Origin: a virus
Reading direction: 5' to 3' (one strand)
DNA: 40,569 nt
IMG/VR virus record: IMGVR_UViG_3300045988_053499
Span: 1-40,569 of that record
In this document: positions 16,470-25,684 of the stretch, one piece after another
How positions within the stretch are numbered: the first letter of the stretch is position 1
How the letters are laid out: each line of letters opens with the position of its first letter
Translations under genes and position numbers: made by a program
The notes under the pieces: model-generated
The model's input: the letters and a program-made list of their open reading frames with translations, nothing else
Told to the model about the DNA's origin: nothing
Databases searched by the model: none

Positions 16470-17495
16470 TCAGCCCAGAGAAAGCATCTGACCGATGCGG
16501 ATGTTCTCCAGCTTCATTTTGCGTTCCCAGTTCTTGGTTGCAGTCAGCTCTGCATCCGTAGGAGAAGCGCCAGTAACGTTATCTGCCTTGAAACTCATTC
16601 CGTTCGGGTGGATAACGCGGCCTTCCTTGGTGTACAGCTTCTGGATACCGGCCTTGCTCTCGGGGTCGTAGTCGGTATAGTACGGATTCTCGTAGTTGGT
16701 TTTTCTGCAACCAATGAAAGAGCCTTCTCCCAGAACATAGGTCTTGTATGCAGTGGTTGCTGCGCCGCCGTTGATAGCTTCGTCTGTGATGGACGCAGTG
16801 GTAAAGGCGTTGTTGACAATGACCACCATGCCGCCGATTCGCGCCAGCTGAGAAGCCTGCGACAAAGCGCCCGGGGTGGTGTACTTCTCGAACTCGACGA
16901 GGTTTGCGGCCTGATATTTTGCAAAGACGGTGGAGTGCATGACAAGCAGACCGCCGCTCATTGCATGATCGCCAAAAGCGGCCTCCTGCGCATAGATCAG
17001 AGATTCAGGCGTAACCTTGCCGTCATTCACCTTGGTGATGTCGTAGATGTGCTTTTTGAGATCGGTGGTGGACAGAACGGCGTTCGTGATGGTCATAAGG
17101 GTGTTCTGCCAAACCTGACGGTAGTAGTGCGCGACCTGATTTGCAACGTGTTGCATGGGAGCGGCGCCGGTCAGTTCCTTGGTAAAGTCCTGAGACTTCC
17201 ATGCTTTCATCCGCTGGACAAGCATGGTGGTCTGCTTGTTACCGGATACTTCAGTCGGAGTGTTGTCGGTATTGCCGTCATTGTTCAGGGGCTTATCAAG
17301 GTTTGCGTCCAGTTCCGTGTAGAACGGAATGGTTGCAACGTTGCCCTTTTCGCCGATCAGTCCCATGATGGAGGGGTCATCCTTGATAACGCCGGATGCT
17401 TCGATGCTGGTGTCAATGGTGTTCTGCTCGGCCATGTAGTCTCCGAACACCTCAACGTCAAAAGGATAGCCGCCAAAAGTATTGCTCTGTGCCAT
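16470..17495 (-). CDS. Major capsid protein
   Basis: 341-aa ORF right after the scaffold gene. Size and position are typical. Confidence 0.85.
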   Translation of the reverse strand: MAQSNTFGGYPFDVEVFGDYMAEQNTIDTSIEASGVIKDDPSIMGLIGEKGNVATIPFYTELDANLDKPLNNDGNTDNTPTEVSGNKQTTMLVQRMKAWKSQDFTKELTGAAPMQHVANQVAHYYRQVWQNTLMTITNAVLSTTDLKKHIYDITKVNDGKVTPESLIYAQEAAFGDHAMSGGLLVMHSTVFAKYQAANLVEFEKYTTPGALSQASQLARIGGMVVIVNNAFTTASITDEAINGGAATTAYKTYVLGEGSFIGCRKTNYENPYYTDYDPESKAGIQKLYTKEGRVIHPNGMSFKADNVTGASPTDAELTATKNWERKMKLENIRIGQMLSLG

Positions 17496-17516
17496 ATAAT
17501 TGCCTCTCTTTCTTAC

Positions 17517-18101
17517 TTAGCCCTTACTCCGGAGCTGCTGGTACAGTTCGGGGTCGCTGTTCTTGAGTTTGATTCGATCATCGAGATTCATTTTTTTGAA
17601 ATCTTCAGGGGTCGTTCCAGCGTAATTTGCGGGCGGGTTGTCCACCGGTGCGCCCTTGGTGGATGTGCTGCCCACATAGTCGCTCCAATCGGTTTTCAGG
17701 CTCTCAGCCAGCTTGTCCGCGTTCTTCACATTGCCCTTGCTGTCCAGTTCCATCTTGTCGATGTCCTCGCCAGACAAGCGCACGATGCGGTCAAAGTACT
17801 TTTCCAGCACACCTGCGGCCTTGAGCTGCTCCCGGAACTTGGATTCCTTTGCGGCTCTGGATTCCTTTGCGGTCTGCTGGGTCTTGTAGTCGGTCAGCGC
17901 CTGCTCTGCGGTCTGCTTACCGCTGTTGGCTGCGTCCCGTTCTTTTTCCGCTGCAACGCGGGCGTTTTTCTCGGTATCCAGTTCGTCCCGGAGGGCATCG
18001 GTCTCCTCGTGCAAGGCGTCCAGAATGGCTTTTGCCTTGTCATCGTTGGAGGTTTCGGTGTTTTCCAGAATCTTGCGGATATCTGCTCTTTTGAGTGCCA
18101 T
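17517..18101 (-). CDS. Scaffolding protein
   Basis: 194-aa highly charged coiled-coil ORF directly upstream of the capsid gene. Confidence 0.8.
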   Translation of the reverse strand: MALKRADIRKILENTETSNDDKAKAILDALHEETDALRDELDTEKNARVAAEKERDAANSGKQTAEQALTDYKTQQTAKESRAAKESKFREQLKAAGVLEKYFDRIVRLSGEDIDKMELDSKGNVKNADKLAESLKTDWSDYVGSTSTKGAPVDNPPANYAGTTPEDFKKMNLDDRIKLKNSDPELYQQLRSKG

Positions 18102-18179
18102 GTGTGTTCGTCCTTTCTGCCCTTGCTTGGGCTGCCATGCTTGGCAATAAGGTTTAATTTGCCGGACGTGCTGCCGGTG

Positions 18180-18256
18180 TGGTGCCGCCAGTAGGATTTG
18201 AACCTACGACCTTCCGATTACAAGACGGCGGCTCTGCCAGATTGAGCTATAGCGGC
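18180..18256 (-). tRNA. trnT: tRNA-Thr (anticodon UGU), CCA encoded
   Basis: Manual cloverleaf: acceptor GCCGCTA/TGGCGGC, D arm GCTC/GAGC, anticodon loop CTTGTAA, T arm GTAGG-TTCAAAT-CCTAC. The anticodon stem has only 3 Watson-Crick pairs. Confidence 0.8.
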
Positions 18257-18289
18257 ATAAAAAAGCGGCTGACGCTGTGCGCCAACCGC
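18257..18289 (-). terminator. Intrinsic terminator ending the inserted head-module operon
   Basis: 10-bp stem at 18265..18289, followed on the - strand by TTTTTTAT, which abuts the tRNA-Thr 5' end. Confidence 0.7.
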
Positions 18290-18302
18290 TGGATATTGAG
18301 TT

Positions 18303-18752
18303 TTAGTTATCCTGTGCTTCTCGAACTGCAATCTCTTGCAGTTCTTTGATATGATCCTCCACCGCCGGGCGCAGGAAGGGGCGGGGAGCCATGCCCCGGG
18401 TAAAGTGCCATTTGCCGTTGAAGTCTTGCCAGACCCACGGCGTTTTGCGTCCGTTGCCCTTCTCTGCAAAAATACCGGTGCCTAACTCCACATAGAGCGA
18501 ATACAGCAGACCGGAGCCCACGGTCACGGTCTTTTGCGCCGCAGATACAACGTAGGTAATGGATGCTTTCAGCGCACCGCCCACATAGCCCTCTATGCCG
18601 GTGCTGTCTGCCGTGCCGGTGGGCACAAGCAGCTGTGCATAGTCCTGCACCTTCATGCCCCAAATGGTCAGCACACGCTCCACCCATGCTTCCAGCGCTT
18701 CATGCAGCTGCGGGGTGTTGTCGGTGAATTTGATGTCGTAGTTAAAGTTCAT
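18303..18752 (-). CDS. HK97 gp10-family neck/tail-completion protein (displaced position)
   Basis: VPTGT..L..SI..V.VGS..YS.YVELGTG...PW...G..PRPFLRPA pattern typical of the HK97 gp10 family. Confidence 0.65.
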   Translation of the reverse strand: MNFNYDIKFTDNTPQLHEALEAWVERVLTIWGMKVQDYAQLLVPTGTADSTGIEGYVGGALKASITYVVSAAQKTVTVGSGLLYSLYVELGTGIFAEKGNGRKTPWVWQDFNGKWHFTRGMAPRPFLRPAVEDHIKELQEIAVREAQDN

Positions 18753-18755
18753 GGC

Positions 18756-19181
18756 TCACTTTTTCTTCCTTTTCCTCGAAACAAAGCCAATCCATGCGCC
18801 GCCCTGTTCAACCGTTACGCCAAACGGCTTTTGTGCCAGCTGCATCAACTTTGTACGGTCACTCGAAGTCATGCCCTTTAGGTCAAAAGCAACTTTCGGG
18901 CCGCTCTTGTCCCAATATGTGGTATGAGACGGAGAAGAACCATCGCCACTTCGATATTTGTTGAGGTCAACGCCAGCTTGCTCTTTTACGAAAGATACAA
19001 CGTCGTTATGCGTTTTCTTGTATCTGGAACTATCCACAACAACGGCGGCTCTCTTTGCCTCTTCTGCCGCAATTTTGCTGTAATCGGTGACCCATTTGCC
19101 ATTTACAAAAGATTCAAACTCGTGTTCGTTGGCGTTCCCTCCGCCCGCTCTCGCGGAACTTCCCGAACCTCTTTTACTCAC
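18756..19181 (-). CDS. Hypothetical protein with N-terminal SKRGSGSSARA leader and a Lys-rich C-terminus
   Basis: GTG at 19181 lies 7 nt after GAGGAGG. Shares its first 11 residues with the product of 19816..20208. Confidence 0.6.
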   Translation of the reverse strand: MSKRGSGSSARAGGGNANEHEFESFVNGKWVTDYSKIAAEEAKRAAVVVDSSRYKKTHNDVVSFVKEQAGVDLNKYRSGDGSSPSHTTYWDKSGPKVAFDLKGMTSSDRTKLMQLAQKPFGVTVEQGGAWIGFVSRKRKKK

Positions 19182-19797
19182 GGTAATGCCTCCTCTCGTA
19201 TTGAAATGGCTTAATTTTTGTGACATTCCAGTCAAATTCCGCCGGGCATTTGCCATACCACAAAATACCGCTCGGTTGCAGCACTTCCAACGCCTTACGG
19301 CAGTGCTTAGCAAAGCATTCCGCTTCGTATGGGTCGGATTGTGTGCCGTGGCTCGAAATGCTCACGATGGCGTTTCTGGGCTCGCCGTCAAAGCACCAGT
19401 CATAGCTTTGTTTTCCGCACCAGCAAAGCGTTGGGATAACGTGAATGCCGTGCGCCTGCCAGTATGCGGCCAGCCAGTGCTTTTTGTAGTGCATGAAAAG
19501 CTGCACCGCAAGCGGCATATCACTGTACAAAGAAAAATCCGGCGAACATACCGCGCCGAACTGCTGCAAAAGGGAAATGTATTTGTCAGGGTTGTTCCAG
19601 AACCGTTCAAATTGGTAATCGTCCTTGTAAAAATGCACGCCTTTTGTGGCCTTGTCTTTGGCGGTCAGCGCATAATTGACCGGGATCCATTCCAGCTTGT
19701 CAATGCGGATATCCGTTTCTGGATTGATAGCAGGGATGCCGTACTTACCCACACCGGGAAATATCATCCTCTCGGTGTTTTCCATTGGCAGAATCAC
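19174..19797 (-). CDS. DUF4417-like protein
   Basis: GTG start 7 nt after GGAGGG. GVHFYKDDYQFERFWNNPDKY..SPDFSLY.DMP matches my recollection of DUF4417. Confidence 0.6.
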   Translation of the reverse strand: MILPMENTERMIFPGVGKYGIPAINPETDIRIDKLEWIPVNYALTAKDKATKGVHFYKDDYQFERFWNNPDKYISLLQQFGAVCSPDFSLYSDMPLAVQLFMHYKKHWLAAYWQAHGIHVIPTLCWCGKQSYDWCFDGEPRNAIVSISSHGTQSDPYEAECFAKHCRKALEVLQPSGILWYGKCPAEFDWNVTKIKPFQYERRHYRE

Positions 19798-19815
19798 GGT
19801 TCATCCCTCCTAGCC

Positions 19816-20208
19816 TTACTTTTTCTTGAGTTTTTTTCCTGTTTTCCAGTTGTAACCACGTTTTTCCAGCGCACGGCGTGCTGCCTGTGTTGAAGGATTG
19901 TCAGGATGCCCTTTCGCTTTGCCCATCAAAACTTCAACACGGCTCTTTTCTCTGATTGTGCCAGACGCAACGCCCGCTTTGTATTCTGCAATAGCAGACT
20001 CTCGCCTTGCGGAATACTGTGCAGCGGCCTCGTGGGCTTCCCTTTGCATTTTTTCCGTTTGGCGGCGTGTCAAGCCGTGAGGAATACGCATCTTATCGTC
20101 CATGTAATCGCTGATGGGCGAACTTAAGCCACGTTTTGCGAGAAATTCATCAAGCGTAGTCTTCTCACTGCTCGCCCTTGTAGAACTTCCAGAGCCTCGT
20201 TTACTCAT
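19816..20208 (-). CDS. Hypothetical protein with N-terminal SKRGSGSSTRA leader and a Lys-rich C-terminus
   Basis: ATG at 20208 lies 8 nt after AAGGAGAG and overlaps the upstream stop by 8 nt. Confidence 0.6.
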   Translation of the reverse strand: MSKRGSGSSTRASSEKTTLDEFLAKRGLSSPISDYMDDKMRIPHGLTRRQTEKMQREAHEAAAQYSARRESAIAEYKAGVASGTIREKSRVEVLMGKAKGHPDNPSTQAARRALEKRGYNWKTGKKLKKK

Positions 20209-21265
20209 TTTTGGAACTCTCCTTTCTGCGTTTTCGCTCTTTTGCCCACCACATCTGTTCGGCTTCCGTGCCACCCTTTGCCTTGTACCACTCGGTATAG
20301 GTCAGGTCAGATGTGACCTCTTTTGTAGTGTTGTCCCGCCGCTGTGAGTTCTGCCGTGGGTACTTTACAAGCGCCCCGGTCACTTTGCAGCGGCAGTGAT
20401 AGACCATTTCCGGGGCGGCGTTGGGGTCTCCCGGGTACATGATCTCATAGCCCTGCACCTTAAACGGCTCGTTAAGGTCTGCGGTCTCCTGATCCAGCAG
20501 CCGGTGCATCTCGCGGGTGCGGTAGTCCAGCGTGCTATTCCAGCGCTTCTGCACCTCAATGCCAATGGCTTGGGCGTTGCGCAGCTGCTGCATCGTCCCG
20601 GCGTTCTGTGCGCCTGTAAGGGCTGTGATGGCGTTGTTCATCGCCCAGTGCACCTCGGTGTCTGCCATGCCCTGCACAGCCTGCACGGCGATGTCGTGGA
20701 CGCTCTTGCCCTGCACGATGCCCTGCATGACGTACCGGTTGAACACCCGGGCATCGTAGGTTTTGTTGCTCTCGCTCTTGATGCGCTTGTTTGGCACAAG
20801 CTTGGGGTTTTCCACCAGCAGGCGCTTGACTGCCTCGGTGTTGTACAAGGTCAGTCCGAACGCCACGCCTGCGGCCTGTTCCAGCTCGTAGAACGCAAAA
20901 TTTGCGCCAAGGGCAAAGATATCATATTGTTCATCACGCGCCAGCTTGTACGCGGTCTGCTGGGCTGTGGTGCACGTCTGGGTGATGCTGTCCAGCTTCT
21001 GGTGCATCAGTTCGGACTGAAACACCTGATTCCGCAGCCATGTGCGATAGTCGCTCTCGGTGATCTTCCCAGCTTCCAGCTGCGCCCGCTTGTAGGCGTC
21101 CAACTTCTGGTAATGCTCCAGAAACTCGGTCAGCTGCTCGGTCATTTCCAGGCGGGCTTTTCCATAGACCCGTAAAATGCGGCGGCGCAGGCGGTTCAGC
21201 TGCCGGGTGGAGATGCGGTCAAGGTCAGAAGTGGTGCTCATGGTTTTTATCCGACTTGATAGCAT
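20201..21265 (-). CDS. Head morphogenesis protein (SPP1 gp7 / Mu F-like minor capsid protein)
   Basis: Follows the portal gene. C-terminal region ..YPGDPNAAPEMVYHCRCK.. is typical of this family. Start uncertain (21241, 21265 or 21271). Confidence 0.75.
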   Translation of the reverse strand: MLSSRIKTMSTTSDLDRISTRQLNRLRRRILRVYGKARLEMTEQLTEFLEHYQKLDAYKRAQLEAGKITESDYRTWLRNQVFQSELMHQKLDSITQTCTTAQQTAYKLARDEQYDIFALGANFAFYELEQAAGVAFGLTLYNTEAVKRLLVENPKLVPNKRIKSESNKTYDARVFNRYVMQGIVQGKSVHDIAVQAVQGMADTEVHWAMNNAITALTGAQNAGTMQQLRNAQAIGIEVQKRWNSTLDYRTREMHRLLDQETADLNEPFKVQGYEIMYPGDPNAAPEMVYHCRCKVTGALVKYPRQNSQRRDNTTKEVTSDLTYTEWYKAKGGTEAEQMWWAKERKRRKESSKNE

Positions 21266-21372
21266 AGACAAGTTCAGGCGTCAGCTTGGGCGGCTTTGGG
21301 TCTGTCGTTTTGCAAAAAAGCGAATCGCCGCAAAAAATAAACCCATTTCCGCTGATGGATAAACTCGGCTCG

Positions 21373-22764
21373 TCATTCCTGATGTGTGCTTTCATTTTCT
21401 TTGTCCTCATCGTCCTCGTCTGTGGTCTCCCGCGTTGCGCTCTCAGCCATCAGCGCAGCCTTTGCCTGCTCCTTCTGTTCTTGTGTAAGGTTCGGCAGCA
21501 ACTCTATTGCCATCTCGTTTCCGATGATTGTCGCTTCTGCAATCGCCATGTCTACTTGCTCCTTGGTGTTGGAGATGCGCACATGGGTGTACTGCGGCTT
21601 TGCGTCCGGCAGACCGGCGATCTTGAGCACCTGACGAACAAACTTGGTGATTTGCTGTTCAAAGTCGCGGGCGTTCTCGTCCAGCGGCTGATAGGCGGCT
21701 TCCAGATGGTCGTTGGTGCTGTTTGCGCTTACGCAATGTACATCCAGACCGCCGAAATCCTCATACAGGGAACTGTGCAACCGCTGCAGCAGGGTCTCCC
21801 GCGCCTGTGTGGGGATCTCCTGCGTGTAGGGCTGCACACTGCCGCCGTTGTCTCCGGCGTTGTCTACGTTGGCGGCGTGGTTGAACCGCAGCCGCTGCAT
21901 GAACTTGCGCAGATCCGCGTCATTCATGCCGCCGTAGTTGGAGATCAGCCAATACACTTGCGCACACTCGCGCAGGTCATCGCAAAAGCCGTTTACGATC
22001 AAGTCAATGTTGTCAATATAACCTTTGAGGTTGACAAGCGTGCTCTGCTTGGAGCTGCTTCCCCAAAGCGGCACAATGGGAAGTGTGCCGTACCCTTCAC
22101 CCTCCACGATCTCGTCCCCTGCGGGGGTGGTAGTCGTGGTGGTTTTGTAGGGCTGCTGTTCGCCGTCCTGATGTAGCAGGCGCTCGCCCTTGCTGTCCTC
22201 TGTGTAGCGGGTGTATCCGCTCTCATCGTACAGCACCGCGTGCATGGGCTTGTCCGGCTGCAAGCGCCAGAACCTGATACCCGCACGCATGGTGCCGTCC
22301 TTCTCATCGTACAGCGGCGCAAACTCGGTCAACTTGAACACGTCCAAGTGGTCGTTGTTCCAAAATCCAAAGCTTTCCCCGTGGATGCAGGCAAGGTAAC
22401 CCAGCCGGTAAAGCTGCTCGTCAAAGCTTTCGCCCAGCTGCGCTTTTACTTCGTCTGCGTCCGGCAAGGTGATGCCGTTTGCAAGACTATACGCCACACG
22501 TTGCACGTTGAGCCGGTGGAAGGAGTTGCTTTTCACGGTCTCCGGGCGGGCTCTCTTGGTGATGCCGTTGAGTTTGTAGTCGATATCCGCGATCGCGTCC
22601 AAAAAATCATCAACGCCGGTGTTGAGCTGCCTGTCGTACTTATCAGCCTTTTCAGCGGTACGCACTGGTGCGCTGTTGGCGTGCTCTGCGATAAAACTCT
22701 GCACAAAAGCGGTTTTTGCGGCAGGGTCGTTCTGCACCGCTTCAAGGTCTTGGTATGTTCTCAC
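21373..22764 (-). CDS. Portal protein
   Basis: 463-aa ORF after the terminase gene. GTG start 8 nt after AAGGAG. Acidic C-terminus. Confidence 0.85.
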   Translation of the reverse strand: MRTYQDLEAVQNDPAAKTAFVQSFIAEHANSAPVRTAEKADKYDRQLNTGVDDFLDAIADIDYKLNGITKRARPETVKSNSFHRLNVQRVAYSLANGITLPDADEVKAQLGESFDEQLYRLGYLACIHGESFGFWNNDHLDVFKLTEFAPLYDEKDGTMRAGIRFWRLQPDKPMHAVLYDESGYTRYTEDSKGERLLHQDGEQQPYKTTTTTTPAGDEIVEGEGYGTLPIVPLWGSSSKQSTLVNLKGYIDNIDLIVNGFCDDLRECAQVYWLISNYGGMNDADLRKFMQRLRFNHAANVDNAGDNGGSVQPYTQEIPTQARETLLQRLHSSLYEDFGGLDVHCVSANSTNDHLEAAYQPLDENARDFEQQITKFVRQVLKIAGLPDAKPQYTHVRISNTKEQVDMAIAEATIIGNEMAIELLPNLTQEQKEQAKAALMAESATRETTDEDDEDKENESTHQE

Positions 22765-22776
22765 TTGCTTCGCTCC

Positions 22777-24432
22777 TTATTTTCCGGGCTTGTGCCACAC
22801 AAGCTCCATGGCGTATCGTGTAGCGTCAATGTGATGGTTATCGTGGTCTGGGTATCCGGGCAGCGGATCGCCGTTCTTGTCCGCATCATACTCGTACTCG
22901 GTGAACTCCTTCAGAGTGTCCGGGCAGCGCGCCGGATCAATGACGATGGCGGTCAGGCTTTGCAGCCACTTCACGCCCTGCCCAACGCTGTTGGGGCCTT
23001 TTATAGCGGGCAAGCACTTAATTCCCCATGCAGTATAGTCGGTGCAGCTCTTTGGCTCGGCGCTGTCACCGGTCAGGCGCTCGCTCTCCGGGTGCTCCAT
23101 AACGTGCCGGTCTTGTAGCATCTTGAACGTATCCTCGTTGCGTGTGCGCCGCACGGTGATCTCGTCATAGATATACAGGGTCTTGCGGGCTGCGTCGTAA
23201 CTCATGCAGTTATAGGCAAAGGGGTCAGGATACCAGCCCCAGTCAATGCCGTGATACTTGCGCTCAAACCTTGCGGGGTCTATCTTTTCTGCCCGGATGT
23301 TGGTAAAGACTTCCTTGCCGCAGCCAGTCACCTCGCCAAGATACTCGTGCTTGTAGGCGATCAGGTTGCGTTTCTTTAGTTCTTCGGCATCATCCAGAAA
23401 TCGCTTGCCAAGCCACTCCTGCGGCACCATCGTGTAGTCGGAGTGCTGGATGATCTTGCGGTCGCGCACTTCCAGAGCATAACGGTTTGCCCAGTTACGG
23501 GGTGATGCAGGCGGGTTGAAGCTCTTGAACGTGAAAGAGAAATCTCCTCCACGCAGACAGGACTGTTCCACGTTGCGGATTTGTTCCTCTCCGTCATACT
23601 GGTCTAGCTCTTCAAACCATAGAATGCCGATGTATCCGCGCGGTAGTTTGATAGATTTAAGCTTGCCGGGGTCATCCAGACCGAAGAAGAGGATCTTCTG
23701 ACCGGTATTTTTGTTGGTCATCTCCATCGGGGAAACCGTACACTTCCACATTCCGGGTTCCAGCTGGTCAACTGCCCACTGCATCTGTGCATACACGGAT
23801 GTGCGCAGGGTATTGCCCACCTTGCGGATGCATACCGCGTTGCAATCCGGGTGCAATTGCAGAAGTTTGATAACGCCGATGCTGCAGAAGCTGGATTTTG
23901 TGGAGCCACGTCCACCCTTTTCCAGCGCTTCGTCTGCATCGCCTCGCATGATCTTCTGCCATGTCGGCAGGAATTGCGGGGCCAAAAGCTCGAACAGCCT
24001 GTTTTCGGAGACTGCCGGGCTTGCGCTTTCGTTTTCTTCTGTTTTTTCCTCTTTGTTGTCCCAGCCAAAGTTAAACTTCAGGCTGAATTGTGCTCCGTTC
24101 GTTCCGTCCCGGTCGAACAGCCTCTCTTCGGAGTATTTTTCGCACCGGGCTTTTGCGCGCGTAATCGTGTTTACAAATTCCTGCTTTCCTTGATATTCCA
24201 GCAACGATTTTCGCGACGCAAACCCCAAAGCCAACGCTAATCCTGTGACAGTGGGCGGACGCTGATGCAGATATATTTCATTTCCGTACTTATCCAGAAC
24301 CGGTGCTCCATTCGCGTCCTTCAAGAGCTCTCCTTCGCAGTCAGCAAAGTAAGCATCTATCTTTTCCTGCATTTCTGCGGAATTTTTATATTTCGGCGGT
24401 GCGCCTACCGGATTCTTTTTCTTGTAGGTCAT
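22777..24432 (-). CDS. Terminase, in-frame fusion of a small-subunit-like N-domain and a PBSX-type large subunit
   Basis: N-terminal 125 aa resemble TerS (PPKYKNSAEMQEKIDAYF..PTVTGLALALG..FSLKFNFGW). This is followed by TerL Walker A GGRGSTKS and the nuclease part, with no stop codon and no internal start. Confidence 0.8.
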   Translation of the reverse strand: MTYKKKNPVGAPPKYKNSAEMQEKIDAYFADCEGELLKDANGAPVLDKYGNEIYLHQRPPTVTGLALALGFASRKSLLEYQGKQEFVNTITRAKARCEKYSEERLFDRDGTNGAQFSLKFNFGWDNKEEKTEENESASPAVSENRLFELLAPQFLPTWQKIMRGDADEALEKGGRGSTKSSFCSIGVIKLLQLHPDCNAVCIRKVGNTLRTSVYAQMQWAVDQLEPGMWKCTVSPMEMTNKNTGQKILFFGLDDPGKLKSIKLPRGYIGILWFEELDQYDGEEQIRNVEQSCLRGGDFSFTFKSFNPPASPRNWANRYALEVRDRKIIQHSDYTMVPQEWLGKRFLDDAEELKKRNLIAYKHEYLGEVTGCGKEVFTNIRAEKIDPARFERKYHGIDWGWYPDPFAYNCMSYDAARKTLYIYDEITVRRTRNEDTFKMLQDRHVMEHPESERLTGDSAEPKSCTDYTAWGIKCLPAIKGPNSVGQGVKWLQSLTAIVIDPARCPDTLKEFTEYEYDADKNGDPLPGYPDHDNHHIDATRYAMELVWHKPGK

Positions 24433-24444
24433 TTCCACCACCTC

Positions 24445-25326
24445 TCATGTAAATGAATTTTTATACTGTTCGACAAATCGCTTTTGAACAAACAGCTTTT
24501 CAGTGTTAGAACCGCCTTTATTCCCAGTGCCCATAGAAGATTGCTTCTTTATGCTTGCAACTTCCAAACATTCATATGGCGCTTCATATTCGCTGACAAC
24601 CACCATGAACGGAACTTCCGAAAGCCACTTTTCAAACGATTCATGGTCAAAACCATGTTTATAGCCTGTGCAGTTTGTTTGTTTATAGGGGGGGTCTGCG
24701 TATACAACTGCATTTGATGGAATTTGCACATCCCTATAATCACTCTGCAAGCGTTCAAGATTCTGCAAGCGTTCAAGATTCTCTAGTCTTGCAAGGTGAT
24801 CTAAATCATAGAGCCTTTTATGCTTTACTTGATGTCCGATCCACTGTGAATAGAGTTTTTTATATTCACCGTTGTTTGGCTTGATGTCCTTTGAACTTCC
24901 GTCCGAATTGATTCCGAACTCACGCAAAAGCGATGTATCGCCAAACACTCTTGCGTAGTGCAAAGCCTTTTTCCACGGTTCAATCTCTTTTGAGTAGAGG
25001 TAATCCGTGCGATTATTTCCAAAGCTCCAGCAAAGCGAAACGTAAGGGTCGGATTCTTTCAGACGGTGAAAATCTTCACGGCTAATCCAACGCTTTTCAT
25101 TGGCGTACTTGCCATGAACGGCATTCATAAACAACTGCGGTGCATCGCCAATGTCATTTGCTACAACGCGATTCCATTTTCCGGACAGTAATGCAGCGTG
25201 CGTGACCGCACAGCCACCAGCAAACAGGTCAATCAGCGTGTCACCAGCAGGAAGATTAGAGATAACCCACTGTGCAATTTTGTTCTTGCTGCCACGATAC
25301 GGCACACCATATCTCACGGTTGGCAT
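24445..25326 (-). CDS. DNA N6-adenine methyltransferase (D12 class, Dam-like)
   Basis: YRGSKNKI, DLFAGGCAV (motif I) and DPPY (motif IV). Lower GC than its neighbours. Confidence 0.8.
   Translation of the reverse strand: MPTVRYGVPYRGSKNKIAQWVISNLPAGDTLIDLFAGGCAVTHAALLSGKWNRVVANDIGDAPQLFMNAVHGKYANEKRWISREDFHRLKESDPYVSLCWSFGNNRTDYLYSKEIEPWKKALHYARVFGDTSLLREFGINSDGSSKDIKPNNGEYKKLYSQWIGHQVKHKRLYDLDHLARLENLERLQNLERLQSDYRDVQIPSNAVVYADPPYKQTNCTGYKHGFDHESFEKWLSEVPFMVVVSEYEAPYECLEVASIKKQSSMGTGNKGGSNTEKLFVQKRFVEQYKNSFT
24745..24780. repeat. Perfect 18-bp tandem duplication inside the methyltransferase gene
   Basis: CTGCAAGCGTTCAAGATT x2, giving an in-frame NLERLQ duplication. Confidence 0.85.
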
Positions 25327-25338
25327 CTCCTTTCCTGC

Positions 25339-25365
25339 AAAACAAAAGCCGCCCACACGGACGGC
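25339..25365 (-). terminator. Intrinsic terminator at the end of the RNA array
   Basis: Stem GCCGTCC/GGGCGGC with loop GTGT, followed on the - strand by TTTTGTTTT. Confidence 0.65.
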
Positions 25366-25497
25366 AGAATATCAAAATAAGCAGCGCTCTGTACATTCAG
25401 TTTTTCGGACAACGTAAACGGTGGAGCGCCGCTGCATCTGGAACTTTCGCCGCCATATGCCCGGCTATCTGCGCAGCCCCCTCACAGGGTACGCAGC

Positions 25498-25573
25498 TGG
25501 CATTCCCGGCAGGGCTCAAACCTGCAGCCTGCGGTTTTGGAGACCGCTGTTCCATCGCTTGAACTACGGGAAT
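25498..25573 (-). tRNA. trnW: tRNA-Trp (anticodon CCA), CCA encoded
   Basis: Manual cloverleaf: ATTCCCG/CGGGAAT, GTTC/GAAC, GCGGT-CTCCAAA-ACCGC, GCAGG-TTTGAGC-CCTGC. The D-loop lacks GG and the T-loop has U at position 56. Confidence 0.8.
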
Positions 25574-25580
25574 ATAAAAA

Positions 25581-25649
25581 GCCGCCCTTGGAATCGAACC
25601 AGCCGTGTCTACACACACGCGCCGCGCTCCAAACTGCGCTCAGGCGGCC
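25581..25649 (-). ncRNA. tRNA-like RNA with an aberrant anticodon arm (no CCA)
   Basis: Acceptor GCCGCCT/GGGCGGC. D arm GCGC-AGTTTGGA-GCGC. GGTTCGATTCC box. The anticodon region is only CGTGT-GTGTAG-ACACG (6-nt loop). Confidence 0.45.
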
Positions 25650-25654
25650 ATATA

Positions 25655-25684
25655 AAAACAGCTCCGGTTCTCCGCCGGGGCTGT
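25655..25684 (-). terminator. Hairpin plus T-run inside the RNA array
   Basis: 9-bp stem CAGCCCCGG/CCGGAGCTG with loop CGGAGAA, followed on the - strand by TTTTTAT. Confidence 0.55.

Noticed and set aside
21272-21372. Possible small gene or pac site in the 100-bp portal/head-morphogenesis gap.
   Set aside because: Only a 21-codon ORF without an SD and weak 3-bp hairpins are present. There is no repeat structure suggestive of a packaging site.
25421-25497. A fifth canonical tRNA immediately after tRNA-Trp.
   Set aside because: Only a 7-bp closing helix and a 4-bp GCCG/CGGC hairpin can be drawn. There is no T-loop box and the length is too short. It is kept only as part of the array finding.
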